From positions 866,233-930,232 of the forward strand of contig OZ246005.1 of the NCBI GenBank assembly GCA_965230445.1: 64,000 bases of DNA, given 5' to 3'. Positions within the stretch are counted from its first letter, which is position 1; each line of letters begins with the position of its first letter. Made by a program: the position numbers and the translations under genes. This DNA is from Roseibium sp. (GTDB lineage Bacteria; Pseudomonadota; Alphaproteobacteria; Rhizobiales; Stappiaceae). The notes below the pieces were generated by a model. That model was given only the letters and a program-made list of their open reading frames with translations. It was not told the origin of the DNA and did no database searches. Below, in pieces: positions 29,894 to 39,211 of the stretch.

Positions 29894-30793
29894 ATGCCTT
29901 TTGGGATCGTCCGGAATTGCTCCAAAGTCATTTGTTTTCTGACTTCTTTCTCGCTTGTGGCAGCAGCGGCAGCGCCCTCTGCCGCCCAGCCGCTCAAGTC
30001 GTACAAGGACCGGCTGTTTTCCTACAAGAAGATCCTCGACACTGATTTCGGCGGCGATTTTCTGGTGGTCGAATATTCCAAGCAGCGTGACCTGCGTGAC
30101 CGGGACGAGATCGACGAGCGAAAAGTCTTCGGCAATTATATCAGCTACAAGCCCAGGCGCGGCCGTGGCGGCGGCGAGATAGATGTCGGCGGCCGCAAGG
30201 TGTCCTATATGGGCACCGGCAAGTGGAAGGGCGGGGCAAAACACATCGTTCTCTACATCCACGGCCAGGGCGGCAACCGTTTTCAGGGTATGAACGATGT
30301 CTCCTTCGGCGGCAACTTCAACCGGGTGCAGAACCTGATGGTCCGCAACGGCGGTGCCTATCTGACGGTGGACATCACCAACTTCGGGTCAAGGGGCACG
30401 GCGGATGTCGCCGGACTGATCGCGGCGCAAAGGAAGCTGTCTCCCGGAGCCAAGGTGGTGGTTGCCTGCGGCTCCATGGGCGGAATCATCTGCTGGAACC
30501 TGGTTAAAAGCGCCAAATACGCCAAGCTGGTCAATGGGATCGTGCTGATGGGCTCGCCCAAGGACCCCGGTTTCCTGTCGTCCGGCGGTCTGTCGCGCCG
30601 GGTGCCGATCTTCATGGGGCAGGGGACGCTGGACAAGGTGTATGACTGGGAAACCCAGGCCTATTTCTTCAAGCAGATCAAATCCCGCGCGCCCAACTAC
30701 CCGATCAGGTTCACCCTGTTTGACACCGGCACCCACGGCACCCCGATCCGCATGACCGATTGGCGCCTGGTGCTCAACTGGATGCTGGGGTGA
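29894..30793 (+). CDS. Secreted alpha/beta-hydrolase-fold protein
   Basis: Signal peptide (...LVAAAAAPSAAQP), nucleophile elbow ACGSMGG, C-terminal His region (TGTHGTP). Confidence 0.6.
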   Translation: MPFGIVRNCSKVICFLTSFSLVAAAAAPSAAQPLKSYKDRLFSYKKILDTDFGGDFLVVEYSKQRDLRDRDEIDERKVFGNYISYKPRRGRGGGEIDVGGRKVSYMGTGKWKGGAKHIVLYIHGQGGNRFQGMNDVSFGGNFNRVQNLMVRNGGAYLTVDITNFGSRGTADVAGLIAAQRKLSPGAKVVVACGSMGGIICWNLVKSAKYAKLVNGIVLMGSPKDPGFLSSGGLSRRVPIFMGQGTLDKVYDWETQAYFFKQIKSRAPNYPIRFTLFDTGTHGTPIRMTDWRLVLNWMLG

Positions 30794-30969
30794 GGGGGAA
30801 TAAGCGGGCGTCGGCAGGTTTGAAATTTAGAGGCCCGGAAACGGGATCCTTGAAGCCCTCGCATTTAGGCGACAGGACGCATTGGCATCCGGCAATCAAA
30901 GGCCGATAGAGCCTGTCCACTTGTAGGAGCCCGTTTTATGGATCAATTGATCCATCGCTTCCTTTTCAA

Positions 30970-31079
30970 CCTCATCCTGAGGTGCGGAGCGAAGCGCAGC
31001 CTCGAAGGATGGGCGGCATATTCAGGAGCTTGTGGCCCACCCTTCGAGACGCAAGCGTGGCTTGCTCCTCAGGATGAGG
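30970..31079. repeat. 110-bp palindromic REP-like intergenic element
   Basis: Outer arms are CCTCATCCTGAGG (30970) and CCTCAGGATGAGG (31067). Inner arms are CCTCGAAGGATGGG and CCCACCCTTCGAG. Confidence 0.75.
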
Positions 31080-31249
31080 GTGATTATGTGGCATGGTTCG
31101 CTCTCCGGATGGCAGTCCGATCCGGCTTTACGCCGTAACCGGGAGCCAACGGCTTTAGCCGGTGGAGCATTCACGCAGCAAAACCTGTGCTCGCGCCAAT
31201 ATCTATGGAGATGCACCGTCGCGAAAGCCAGACTGCAAAGGCGTCCCCT

Positions 31250-32140
31250 TCAAACGCCCTTCAATCCCTCGGCCAGATGATCGAACACCGTTCTGATCCG
31301 CCGGCTGGTGTGCAGCTCGCGATGGGAGACCAGCCAGACCGGGTAGGTCACCGGTTCGATATCAGGCAGGATGGGTACCAGATCGGGGAACCGAGCTATG
31401 ATGTCCGCGTCCATGACGGTAATACCCAGCCCTTCGCGGACCATCTGCAGGCACACCATGGCGTTGGGCGAGGAGATCCTGAAATTCGCCGCGGCTGTTT
31501 TCAGACCCATAGGGGTCAGATGCCTTAGAAGCTCGTCATTATCCTCAAATCCGATGAAATCGAGCGCCGCGGTATCGTCAAGGGTGATCGGACGGTCAAA
31601 CCGGCCGGCCAAGGATTGCGATGCGACGATCACCGCCCTGGCATCGCGGATCTTGCGGGCATAGAGATCCGGATCTTCGGGGCGCACATGGCGAATGGCG
31701 ATATCCGCCTCGCGCCGGCGCAGGTCGCTCAAGGAGTTGGAACAAACGACCTTGATTTCGATCCCCGGCGCTTTCTGCCTCAAGCCGGCCAGAATTGCAG
31801 GCAGGAAACAGCTTGCCATCAGGTCCGTGGACGAGATCGTCACCAGGCCCTCGATCAATTCGGACTTTCCGGAAGCCGACAGCGATACCCTTGAAGCGGC
31901 TTCGCCCATCTCGCGGACATGATCCAGCAGATCCAGTCCCGCCTCTGTCAGCATCAGCGATTTTGATAGCCGTTCAAACAGGGTGACGCCAAGCGCTTCT
32001 TCAAGCGCGGCCACCTGGCGGCTCAGGGTCGGCTGGGTGAGGCCGAGCGCGCGGGCGGCGGCGGACAGCGATCCTTCCTCGGCTGTCACCAGAAACGCCC
32101 GGGCCTGGTTCCAATCGAATGTGATCTGCTGCCAGTTCAT
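31250..32140 (-). CDS. LysR-family transcriptional regulator
   Basis: MNWQQITFDWNQARAFLVTAEEGSLSAAARALGLTQPTLSRQV is a canonical LysR HTH. Start set at the ATG at 32140; the listed ORF extends to 32335. Confidence 0.9.
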   Translation of the reverse strand: MNWQQITFDWNQARAFLVTAEEGSLSAAARALGLTQPTLSRQVAALEEALGVTLFERLSKSLMLTEAGLDLLDHVREMGEAASRVSLSASGKSELIEGLVTISSTDLMASCFLPAILAGLRQKAPGIEIKVVCSNSLSDLRRREADIAIRHVRPEDPDLYARKIRDARAVIVASQSLAGRFDRPITLDDTAALDFIGFEDNDELLRHLTPMGLKTAAANFRISSPNAMVCLQMVREGLGITVMDADIIARFPDLVPILPDIEPVTYPVWLVSHRELHTSRRIRTVFDHLAEGLKGV

Positions 32141-32483
32141 ACAAATATGTATATCAACCAGCCGAATATTATCAATTCTCAAGGGTGCCGTTACGGAGTA
32201 AGGTGAGAATGAAAGGAGCGGGCAGATGAATGTTTCTTCTCTGGGCGCACTTCTGATCAACGCGTTACTGCATGTCCTGGAATTTCTGGCCTCGCCAAGT
32301 GGCGGGCGTGACATCGGACGCGAGATATTGCGCAACCTCGGTTTGCGTGGCGGTTCCGGCCGCCGCGGCTAATCCAAAATTAAATTTTGCCGCAGGAATA
32401 CGGCGCACTGATCTGCTGGCTGGTGCCACCCGGCGGAAACACTGCGCATGTGGCAGTCTGAATTCACGAAATGCGAGATTCAA

Positions 32484-33158
32484 ATGAATACGACCATGGC
32501 GCTTCCCCATTCTTCAGGGCAGAGCGATACAAACGACACCTCGGCGCGCTTCTGGACCCGGCTCTCGCGCAAATATGCGTCACAGCCGGTGCGGGACCAG
32601 GCTGCGTATGAAAAGACACTTTCCCGGACCGTCGAGCATCTGGGACCGGACGACAAGATTCTTGAGCTTGGCTGCGGCACCGGCTCGACCGCTTTGCTGT
32701 TGGCTGGCGGCGTTGGCTCCTATCTCGCGACCGATTTTTCCGAAGGCATGATCGGGATTGCCAAAGAGAAACTGCCCGGTTCCGGTGTGGCAAACCTGTC
32801 GTTTCTGACCGCGGACGCGTTCGACAAACGACTGGACGTCGAGACGGGCTATGATGCGGTGCTGGCTTACAATTTCCTGCATCTGGTCGCCGATATCGAA
32901 GCCGTTCTGGCAAGGAGCCGCGCCCTTCTTAAACCCGGCGGGCTCTTGATCACCAAGACGGTCTGTCTTGGCGGCAAGGCCTGGCTGTTCAGGCCGATGA
33001 TTGCCGTCTTGCGCCTTGTCGGAAAAGCACCTTATGTCCGGATGCTGACGGTTGCCAAACTGGAGGACCTGATCGGGCAAGCCGGGTTTGAGATCATCGA
33101 AACAGGTACCTACCCGGCGAGTCCTCCGGCGCGGTTTATTGTCGCGCGGAAAATCTGA
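32484..33158 (+). CDS. Class I SAM-dependent methyltransferase
   Basis: Motif I ILELGCGTGS. About 225 aa. Confidence 0.8.
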   Translation: MNTTMALPHSSGQSDTNDTSARFWTRLSRKYASQPVRDQAAYEKTLSRTVEHLGPDDKILELGCGTGSTALLLAGGVGSYLATDFSEGMIGIAKEKLPGSGVANLSFLTADAFDKRLDVETGYDAVLAYNFLHLVADIEAVLARSRALLKPGGLLITKTVCLGGKAWLFRPMIAVLRLVGKAPYVRMLTVAKLEDLIGQAGFEIIETGTYPASPPARFIVARKI

Positions 33159-33450
33159 CGCCGGTTATGATTGGACATCGTCGACGCAGATTTCCGTCTT
33201 CCGGCAGCCGGCCGGAAACCGCAGGTCTTCTACTATGAAGGCTAGGACCATATCCCCAACTCAGACGATGAGAACATATACCACCAGAACGTTTTGGATT
33301 TACTTAGCGTTAATCTCATAGGTTAGAGACCGTCCCGTGTTTCCAGGAGGCTGGCCTTCTCCAGAGCCAAATCGAAATGCCGTAGGTTCATGCAATTATT
33401 GCATTCATTCTTCAATGTAGCCTCCCGTGGTTGTTTTTTGGGAGGATCCA

Positions 33451-34416
33451 ATGAGTTTCTTGCAAGTTGGTAGCTGGAATATCGAACACTTGTCCGGCTC
33501 GCACCGTGAAACAAAAAAACAAAGCGCATTCGCGCTCGCGGATCACATCGAGATGGCGGGTGTCGACATCATTGTCCTCCAGGAGATCTATGTCACGCCC
33601 GCGGATGAAGAGGTTCGGATTACGAACGATGGGCCGGTTATCGAAACATCAGCTCAGACCGACCGCCGCAATGCCGAACTGGATGTAGTTTGCTATGTCC
33701 TTGAAGAGCATCTGGGTGATCCGTGGTTTTACGCGATACTTCCCAACCGGAACGAAGGCGATACATCTCAGCTGTGCGCTGTCATGTGGAATGGGAACCG
33801 TGTCACACTCAACAAAACCATGAAGATCGACGTGCCGCACAAGGTCGACGGCTACAATCTGTGGGACCGTGCACCTCATGCCCTTAAGTTCAGCACCGAC
33901 ATGAAAGTCTGGCGCAGAAACGATGACATGGAATGGCACGAGATCGAAGTGCAACGCAGCCTGATCGTTGTGCCCTTGCACATGAAGTCCAATTATGGCG
34001 GCGTTACCAAGAACCGCCCGGTGCGCGAAAAGGAAGCCGAGGTTCTTTGTGCGCAGCTCGATACTGTACGTGCCGAACTGGACGACGATAGTCTGATCCT
34101 GATCGGCGACACCAATATCCTGAACAACGCAGAACCAGCCCTGGAGTGTTTCGTCAACAACGGCCTTGTTGATCTGAATAACAACGATGGTTCCACATAT
34201 TGGAGCAAGCAATATGGCGATGCCCCATTTGACAGGGCATTCGTTGCGGAAGGGCGGAAAGAATTCAAATATACCCGTCAATACGTGCTGCGTTCTGCGG
34301 ATCTTGTCGCCCATGACCGGTTTTTGTCAGATCATTATATGATCAAGATGAGCGTCAAGACATACCTCGATGATGATGATCCGAGAGACGGGATCGACGG
34401 CGATGCTGATGGCTAG
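33451..34416 (+). CDS. Endonuclease/exonuclease/phosphatase (EEP, DNase I-like) family protein
   Basis: SWNIEHL, DIIVLQEI, LIGDTNI and SDHYMI motifs in EEP order. The ATG is preceded by GGAGGA. Visibly more A/T-rich than neighbouring genes. Confidence 0.75.
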   Translation: MSFLQVGSWNIEHLSGSHRETKKQSAFALADHIEMAGVDIIVLQEIYVTPADEEVRITNDGPVIETSAQTDRRNAELDVVCYVLEEHLGDPWFYAILPNRNEGDTSQLCAVMWNGNRVTLNKTMKIDVPHKVDGYNLWDRAPHALKFSTDMKVWRRNDDMEWHEIEVQRSLIVVPLHMKSNYGGVTKNRPVREKEAEVLCAQLDTVRAELDDDSLILIGDTNILNNAEPALECFVNNGLVDLNNNDGSTYWSKQYGDAPFDRAFVAEGRKEFKYTRQYVLRSADLVAHDRFLSDHYMIKMSVKTYLDDDDPRDGIDGDADG

Positions 34417-34467
34417 GACCGGCAGACAATAAAAAGACCTACCTGACTGGTTTTTCTGGTTTTTGGT

Positions 34468-34840
34468 CTAGGGCCTGTGGGGAATTAGGTTTCGGTCGCG
34501 GCGCGAGACGCTTTTGGCCGCGGATCAGGAAGAGAGACTGCCATGGAGTAACCTCCATAAGGGCTCTCTGACGCCATCCGGGGCCAAAAGCGCCGCGTCC
34601 CGCAGGGATATGATGAAAATCGCCCGGCTCCACGGCGCAAAGTCTTGAAAAGGAATGGCCTTTCCAGCGACTTTGCTTCTACAGCGTTTCGATTGCTGCA
34701 GAAACAGAAGCACCACTTGGCGCGTTGAAATCTTTGATTTCAGGCAGCGCTAAGTGGTTCAATTCAAATCGAGAACGCTTTAGATCCGAACGATTTTCAT
34801 CGATACCGCGATCCAAGTCCTAAATCCCCACAGGCCCTAG
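34468..34840 (-). mobile_element. MITE-like element, copy B (full length, inverted relative to copy A)
   Basis: CTAG-GGCCTGTGGGGAATTAGGTTTCGGTCGCG ... GATCCAAGTCCTAAATCCCCACAGGCC-CTAG. Collinear reverse complement of copy A. Confidence 0.8.
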
Positions 34841-35014
34841 GAGAGCTTTGCAGGGCAATGCGGGTGCTAGCCAGGAGGGGAACGTTCCAACCGCCTCAAC
34901 TCACACCCGGATTGTCCGCACTACCACCTATTGGCGCGAAGCGTCATTGTTTCTTCACGCTGCTCATGTTGCAATGCGGTATATCTGGCCGGATGAAGCA
35001 GGAACTTTGACGCC

Positions 35015-35776
35015 GTGTTCGATCTATCAGGACAAAACGCCCTTGTTGTCGGGATCGCCAATGAGAACTCCATCGCCTACGGATGCGCCAAGGCGCTCCG
35101 GGAGCAGGGAGCAAAGCTTGCGATTACATATCTGAATGAAAAATCAGAGCCTTATGTCCGTCCGCTTGCCGAGGGGCTGGGTGCGGATCTGATCCTGCCG
35201 CTGGATGTTTCCAATGAAGACCAGCTTGATGCGGTGTTCGACCGGATCAGGAAAAAATGGGGCAAGTTGGACACGCTGCTTCATTCGATTGCCTTCTCCA
35301 AGAAGGAAGACCTGCATGGCCGTGTGATCGACTGTTCGGCTGACGGTTTCGCGCTTGCAATGGACATTTCGGTCCATTCGTTCCTGCGCCTGATCCGCCG
35401 GGCCGAACCGCTGATGCCGGAAGGCGGTACCTGCATGACGGTCTCCTTCATGGGGGCACAGAAGGTCGTGGAGAACTACAATGTCATGGGTCCGGTCAAG
35501 GCCGCGCTGGAATCGGCAACACGCTATGCCGCCGCCGAACTCGGCCCCAAGGGCATCTCGGTTCATGCCCTTTCTCCCGGCCCATTGAAGACCCGCGCGG
35601 CGTCCGGCATCGATTCCTTCGATGCGCTGCTCAATGACGCGGCCAGACGCGCTCCGACCCATCACCTTGCAACCATCGAGGACGTCGGCGCCTATGCCGC
35701 ATTCCTGGCCAGCCGCGAAGCATTCAACGTAACCGGCGGCGTGCACGCAATCGATGGCGGCTACAGCATCGTCTGA
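35015..35776 (+). CDS. fabI: Enoyl-[acyl-carrier-protein] reductase (NADH), FabI
   Basis: VVGIANENSIAYG, an SDR fold, and the Y-x6-K region (MGPVKAALES). GTG start as listed. Confidence 0.9.
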   Translation: MFDLSGQNALVVGIANENSIAYGCAKALREQGAKLAITYLNEKSEPYVRPLAEGLGADLILPLDVSNEDQLDAVFDRIRKKWGKLDTLLHSIAFSKKEDLHGRVIDCSADGFALAMDISVHSFLRLIRRAEPLMPEGGTCMTVSFMGAQKVVENYNVMGPVKAALESATRYAAAELGPKGISVHALSPGPLKTRAASGIDSFDALLNDAARRAPTHHLATIEDVGAYAAFLASREAFNVTGGVHAIDGGYSIV

Positions 35777-35848
35777 CCAGATGCATGACCAGAAATGTCT
35801 GATGAGAGATGTCTGGCCCAGATCGTCCGACCTAGAAGGAAAACAGCT

Positions 35849-38431
35849 ATGAAAGATGTCTTCGACGCCTTGGCCAAGAGCCAGAATGATCTTCTGAGGT
35901 CGATGACGGATGCAACTGCGTGGTCACCCAGTGAACGGGGCACCGTGCTTCAGGCGCAGTTCAATGAAATGAGCAACATGGCCAGCTTGATGATGCGGGG
36001 CCTGACAACCCATCTGACCACCATTTCCGAAACCCACAAGGGCAGGGCCCAGAAGAATCTTGCCGATCTGGCCAGCCTGATGAATCCGGAAACTGGCGAC
36101 CCGGATGCCGCTTCGGCTCTGGATGCGTGGCAGTCCTATCTGGTCGATGCGTCGCAGCGCATGGTGCTGACGCTGGATACCTTGCGCAGACGCGGAGACG
36201 TGTTTCTGGAGCATGAGGAAGCCGGTTGTCCGCCCGTGCTGATCTACGACTACGAGGTCGTCCTGGACGGCGCGGACCTGCCGCGCCCGTGCTGCTACAT
36301 GCTGTTGAAGATCATGCCGCCAAAGGACAGCGATCTTCCGGAACCCAAACCGTGGAAGCGGCCCTATATTATTATCGATCCGCGTGCCGGGCATGGCGCG
36401 GGCATCGGCGGCTTCAAGCCGGACAGCCAGGTCGGCGTGGCGCTCAGTGATGGTCACCCGGTGTATTTCGTTGCCTTCAAGCGCATGCCGGAGAAAGGCC
36501 AGACACTGGCCGATGTCACCCATGCGGAAGCAGCTTTCGTGCGCAAGGTCATGGAACTGCACCCGGAATCTCCGAACCCGGTCGTGACCGGAAACTGCCA
36601 GGGCGGCTGGGCAACATTGCTTCTGGCCGCATCCAATCCCGATCTTACCGGGCCGATTGTCCTCAATGGCGCACCGGTCCAGACCTGGGCCGGGCGCGTT
36701 GGCGAAAATCCGATGCGCTACAATGGCGGCATCCTGGGCGGCACGCGCAATGTCATGATGATGTCCGACCTTGGCCATGGCGTGTTCGACGGTGCCGACA
36801 TCGTTCAGAACTTCGAGATGCTCAATCCGGCGCGCAACTACTTCGGCAAGTATTTTGATCTCTACCGCAAGGCGGACACGGAAGCGGAGCGGTTCCTGGA
36901 GTTCGAACGCTGGTGGGGCGGCTTCTTTCTCCTCAACGAGGCGGAAATGCGCTGGATTGTCGAGCAGCTTTTTGTCGGCAACCGGCTCGCCAAGAACGAG
37001 GCGCGGCTGGAGCCGGGGCGCAACATCGACCTGAAGCAGATCCGCTCACCGATCATCGTATTCGCCAGCCATGGCGACAACATCACCCCGCCGCAGCAGG
37101 CGCTCAACTGGATCATGGATACCTATGCGGATGAGCGCGAGATCGCCATTCGCGGCCAGCGTATCATCTACATGGTCCATGACCAGATCGGCCACCTTGG
37201 CATCTTCGTGTCCTCCAAAATCGCCAAAAAGGAACACGCCGAGGTCACTTCGACGTTGAAAACGATCGAGGCCCTGTCACCGGGCCTTTACGAGATGAAG
37301 ATTGACGAGTTCGAGGGGGACGGGTTTGAACGGACGTTCACCGTCAGTTTCCACGAGCGCAAGCTGGAAGATCTGAACCAGTTGGATGATGGCCGGGAGG
37401 ACGAGATTCCATTCGCCGCCGTCGCCCGCGCTTCGGAACATCAGGCGGAAGCTTACGACGTCCTTGTCCGTCCGTTCGTCCAGGCCGGTGTGACCGAGCA
37501 AAGCGCGGAATTGCGCCGCAAGACCCATCCGCTGCGCCTGCAACGCGCGCTGTTCTCAAGCCAGAACCCGTTTGTTGCACCACTGGCGGAGTTTGCAGGG
37601 CGGGTCCGGGAAGACCGCATGCCCGCAGCCAGCGACAATCCGTTCGTCCAGGCCGAAGGGATCATGGCGGCGATGGTTGAACAGTCGCTCGATCTCTACC
37701 GCGACCTGCGCGACACGATGTACGAGAGCATGTTCTACGGTCTTTGGGGCACACCGTTTGCCCGCTGGTACGGCCGCACCCACCAGCCGGGCCGGACCTT
37801 GAAACGCAAGGAGGAACTGCGTTGTCTGGAGCCTGTCCGTTCCGCTCTGATGCATATCGAGGAAGGCGGGTTTTGCGAGGCGGTGGTCCGCATGCTGATC
37901 CTGCTGGCGGAGAGCCGCGGCAATGTCCGCCGTGACCGGCTCGAACGCTCTGCCCGGGTGCTGACCAGGGACGAGCCGTTCAAGTCGCTGACTCCGGACC
38001 AGCGCAGTTTCATGCTGCATGAGCAGACGCTGATCGTCGAGTTCGCACCGGAAGCCGCCCTGAACAGCCTTCCCAAGCTGCTGCGCACAAGCGAGGAACG
38101 GGAACTGGCGGCGAAGGTCGTTCAGTATATCCCCGGCGAGATCGACGAAATGGCGCCGCACACGCTCGACATGCTGCAGCGGTTTCACGAGGTGCTGGAC
38201 CTGCCGCCGGTGACCGCCGACGTGCTCGAAGATCCGTTGGCGGACACCGGGCCGGAAGCTGGCGAACCGGCCAAGACCGTTGCCGCAGCAGCACCGGTTG
38301 CAGCCAGGTCCGAGCCGAAGAAAGCCCCGGCACGGAAGGCCGCCGCAAAACCTGCAACCCGCAAGCCCGCGGCCCGCAAACCAGCTGCTCGAAAGTCACC
38401 ATCGAAGAAGACCGGGGAGCCTGCGGAATAG
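35849..38431 (+). CDS. DUF3141-family protein (PhaC-like alpha/beta-hydrolase core) with a Lys/Ala/Pro-rich C-terminal tail
   Basis: AWQSYLVDASQRMVLTLDTLRRRGDVFLEH is a DUF3141-type N-terminal region. GNCQGGW is a lipase-box-like motif with Cys. The tail is KKAPARKAAAKPATRKPAARKPAARKSPSKK. ATG at 35849 is preceded by GAAGGA. Confidence 0.65.
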   Translation: MKDVFDALAKSQNDLLRSMTDATAWSPSERGTVLQAQFNEMSNMASLMMRGLTTHLTTISETHKGRAQKNLADLASLMNPETGDPDAASALDAWQSYLVDASQRMVLTLDTLRRRGDVFLEHEEAGCPPVLIYDYEVVLDGADLPRPCCYMLLKIMPPKDSDLPEPKPWKRPYIIIDPRAGHGAGIGGFKPDSQVGVALSDGHPVYFVAFKRMPEKGQTLADVTHAEAAFVRKVMELHPESPNPVVTGNCQGGWATLLLAASNPDLTGPIVLNGAPVQTWAGRVGENPMRYNGGILGGTRNVMMMSDLGHGVFDGADIVQNFEMLNPARNYFGKYFDLYRKADTEAERFLEFERWWGGFFLLNEAEMRWIVEQLFVGNRLAKNEARLEPGRNIDLKQIRSPIIVFASHGDNITPPQQALNWIMDTYADEREIAIRGQRIIYMVHDQIGHLGIFVSSKIAKKEHAEVTSTLKTIEALSPGLYEMKIDEFEGDGFERTFTVSFHERKLEDLNQLDDGREDEIPFAAVARASEHQAEAYDVLVRPFVQAGVTEQSAELRRKTHPLRLQRALFSSQNPFVAPLAEFAGRVREDRMPAASDNPFVQAEGIMAAMVEQSLDLYRDLRDTMYESMFYGLWGTPFARWYGRTHQPGRTLKRKEELRCLEPVRSALMHIEEGGFCEAVVRMLILLAESRGNVRRDRLERSARVLTRDEPFKSLTPDQRSFMLHEQTLIVEFAPEAALNSLPKLLRTSEERELAAKVVQYIPGEIDEMAPHTLDMLQRFHEVLDLPPVTADVLEDPLADTGPEAGEPAKTVAAAAPVAARSEPKKAPARKAAAKPATRKPAARKPAARKSPSKKTGEPAE

Positions 38432-38471
38432 GTTTTTCGCGCCTTTCGCAAGGCTTGCGAATCTGCACCGT

Positions 38472-38576
38472 CAAGCTGACCGGGTTCTTATGGTTTTGAA
38501 CCCCTCACCCTAACCCTCTCCCAATGGGAGAGGGGATATGTGGAACCGTCAATCCTTGGCCGCGCCATGCGCCCTG
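38472..38576 (+). repeat. Left copy of the 105-bp direct repeat flanking the DUF559 gene
   Basis: CAAGCTGACCGGGTTCTTATGG...CCCTCTCCCAATGGGAGAGGGGATATGTGGAACC... aligns collinearly with 39016..39120 with few mismatches. Confidence 0.85.
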
Positions 38577-38623
38577 TGGCGTGGTAACCTCTCCCACTGG
38601 GAGAGGTCGGAGCTCAGCTCCGG

Positions 38624-38989
38624 GTGAGGGGGCAGACTTTTATGATAGCAAAGAGCCAGACTTCGCGAGCCCGCTCCTTGCGGAGCCGATCAACAGATGC
38701 CGAACGCTGCCTCTGGTACCGGCTTCGCAACCGTCAGCTCAACGGGTGGAAGTTTCGCAGACAAGTACCAATCGACCGGTACATTGCCGATTTTGCGTGT
38801 TTGGATGCCAAGTTGATTGTTGAGCTTGATGGTGGTCAGCATGCACTGAACATGGGTGAGGATGCAGCCCGTAGCGGCGTACTTGAAGCGTGCGGTTACC
38901 AGGTTGTCAGGTGCTGGAACTCTGATGTTCTTGTACGAACCGATGATGTCCTTGAGGACATCTTGAGCCACCTTGAACAGAAGAAATAG
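38624..38989 (+). CDS. DUF559 (Vsr-like/restriction-endonuclease-fold) domain protein
   Basis: ARSLRSRSTDAERCLWYRLRNRQLNGWKFRRQVPIDRYIADFACLDAKLIVELDGGQH is a canonical DUF559 core. The true start may be the ATG at 38642. Confidence 0.85.
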   Translation: MRGQTFMIAKSQTSRARSLRSRSTDAERCLWYRLRNRQLNGWKFRRQVPIDRYIADFACLDAKLIVELDGGQHALNMGEDAARSGVLEACGYQVVRCWNSDVLVRTDDVLEDILSHLEQKK

Positions 38990-39015
38990 CCAGCCTCTGA
39001 CGGATCTGGCATTCT

Positions 39016-39120
39016 CAAGCAGACCGGGTTCTTGTGGTTATGAACCCCTCACCCTGACCCTCTCCCTATGGGAGAGGGGATATGTGGAACCGGCAATCCT
39101 TGGCGGCACCATGCTCCCTG
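39016..39120 (+). repeat. Right copy of the 105-bp direct repeat flanking the DUF559 gene
   Basis: See 38472..38576. Contains the same CCCTCTCCC-N3-GGGAGAGGG hairpin. Confidence 0.85.
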
Positions 39121-39211
39121 CTGCGAGCGTTTCTGGTGAAGGGGTATGCGTTCCGGGAGGCAAGTTCGTAAGCCATCATGCCTCTCTTGTGCCGATCTTG
39201 CGAAGGCCAAT

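Noticed and set aside
35924-36778. 284-aa minus-strand ORF
   Set aside because: It is antisense to the DUF3141 gene. It is a shadow ORF.
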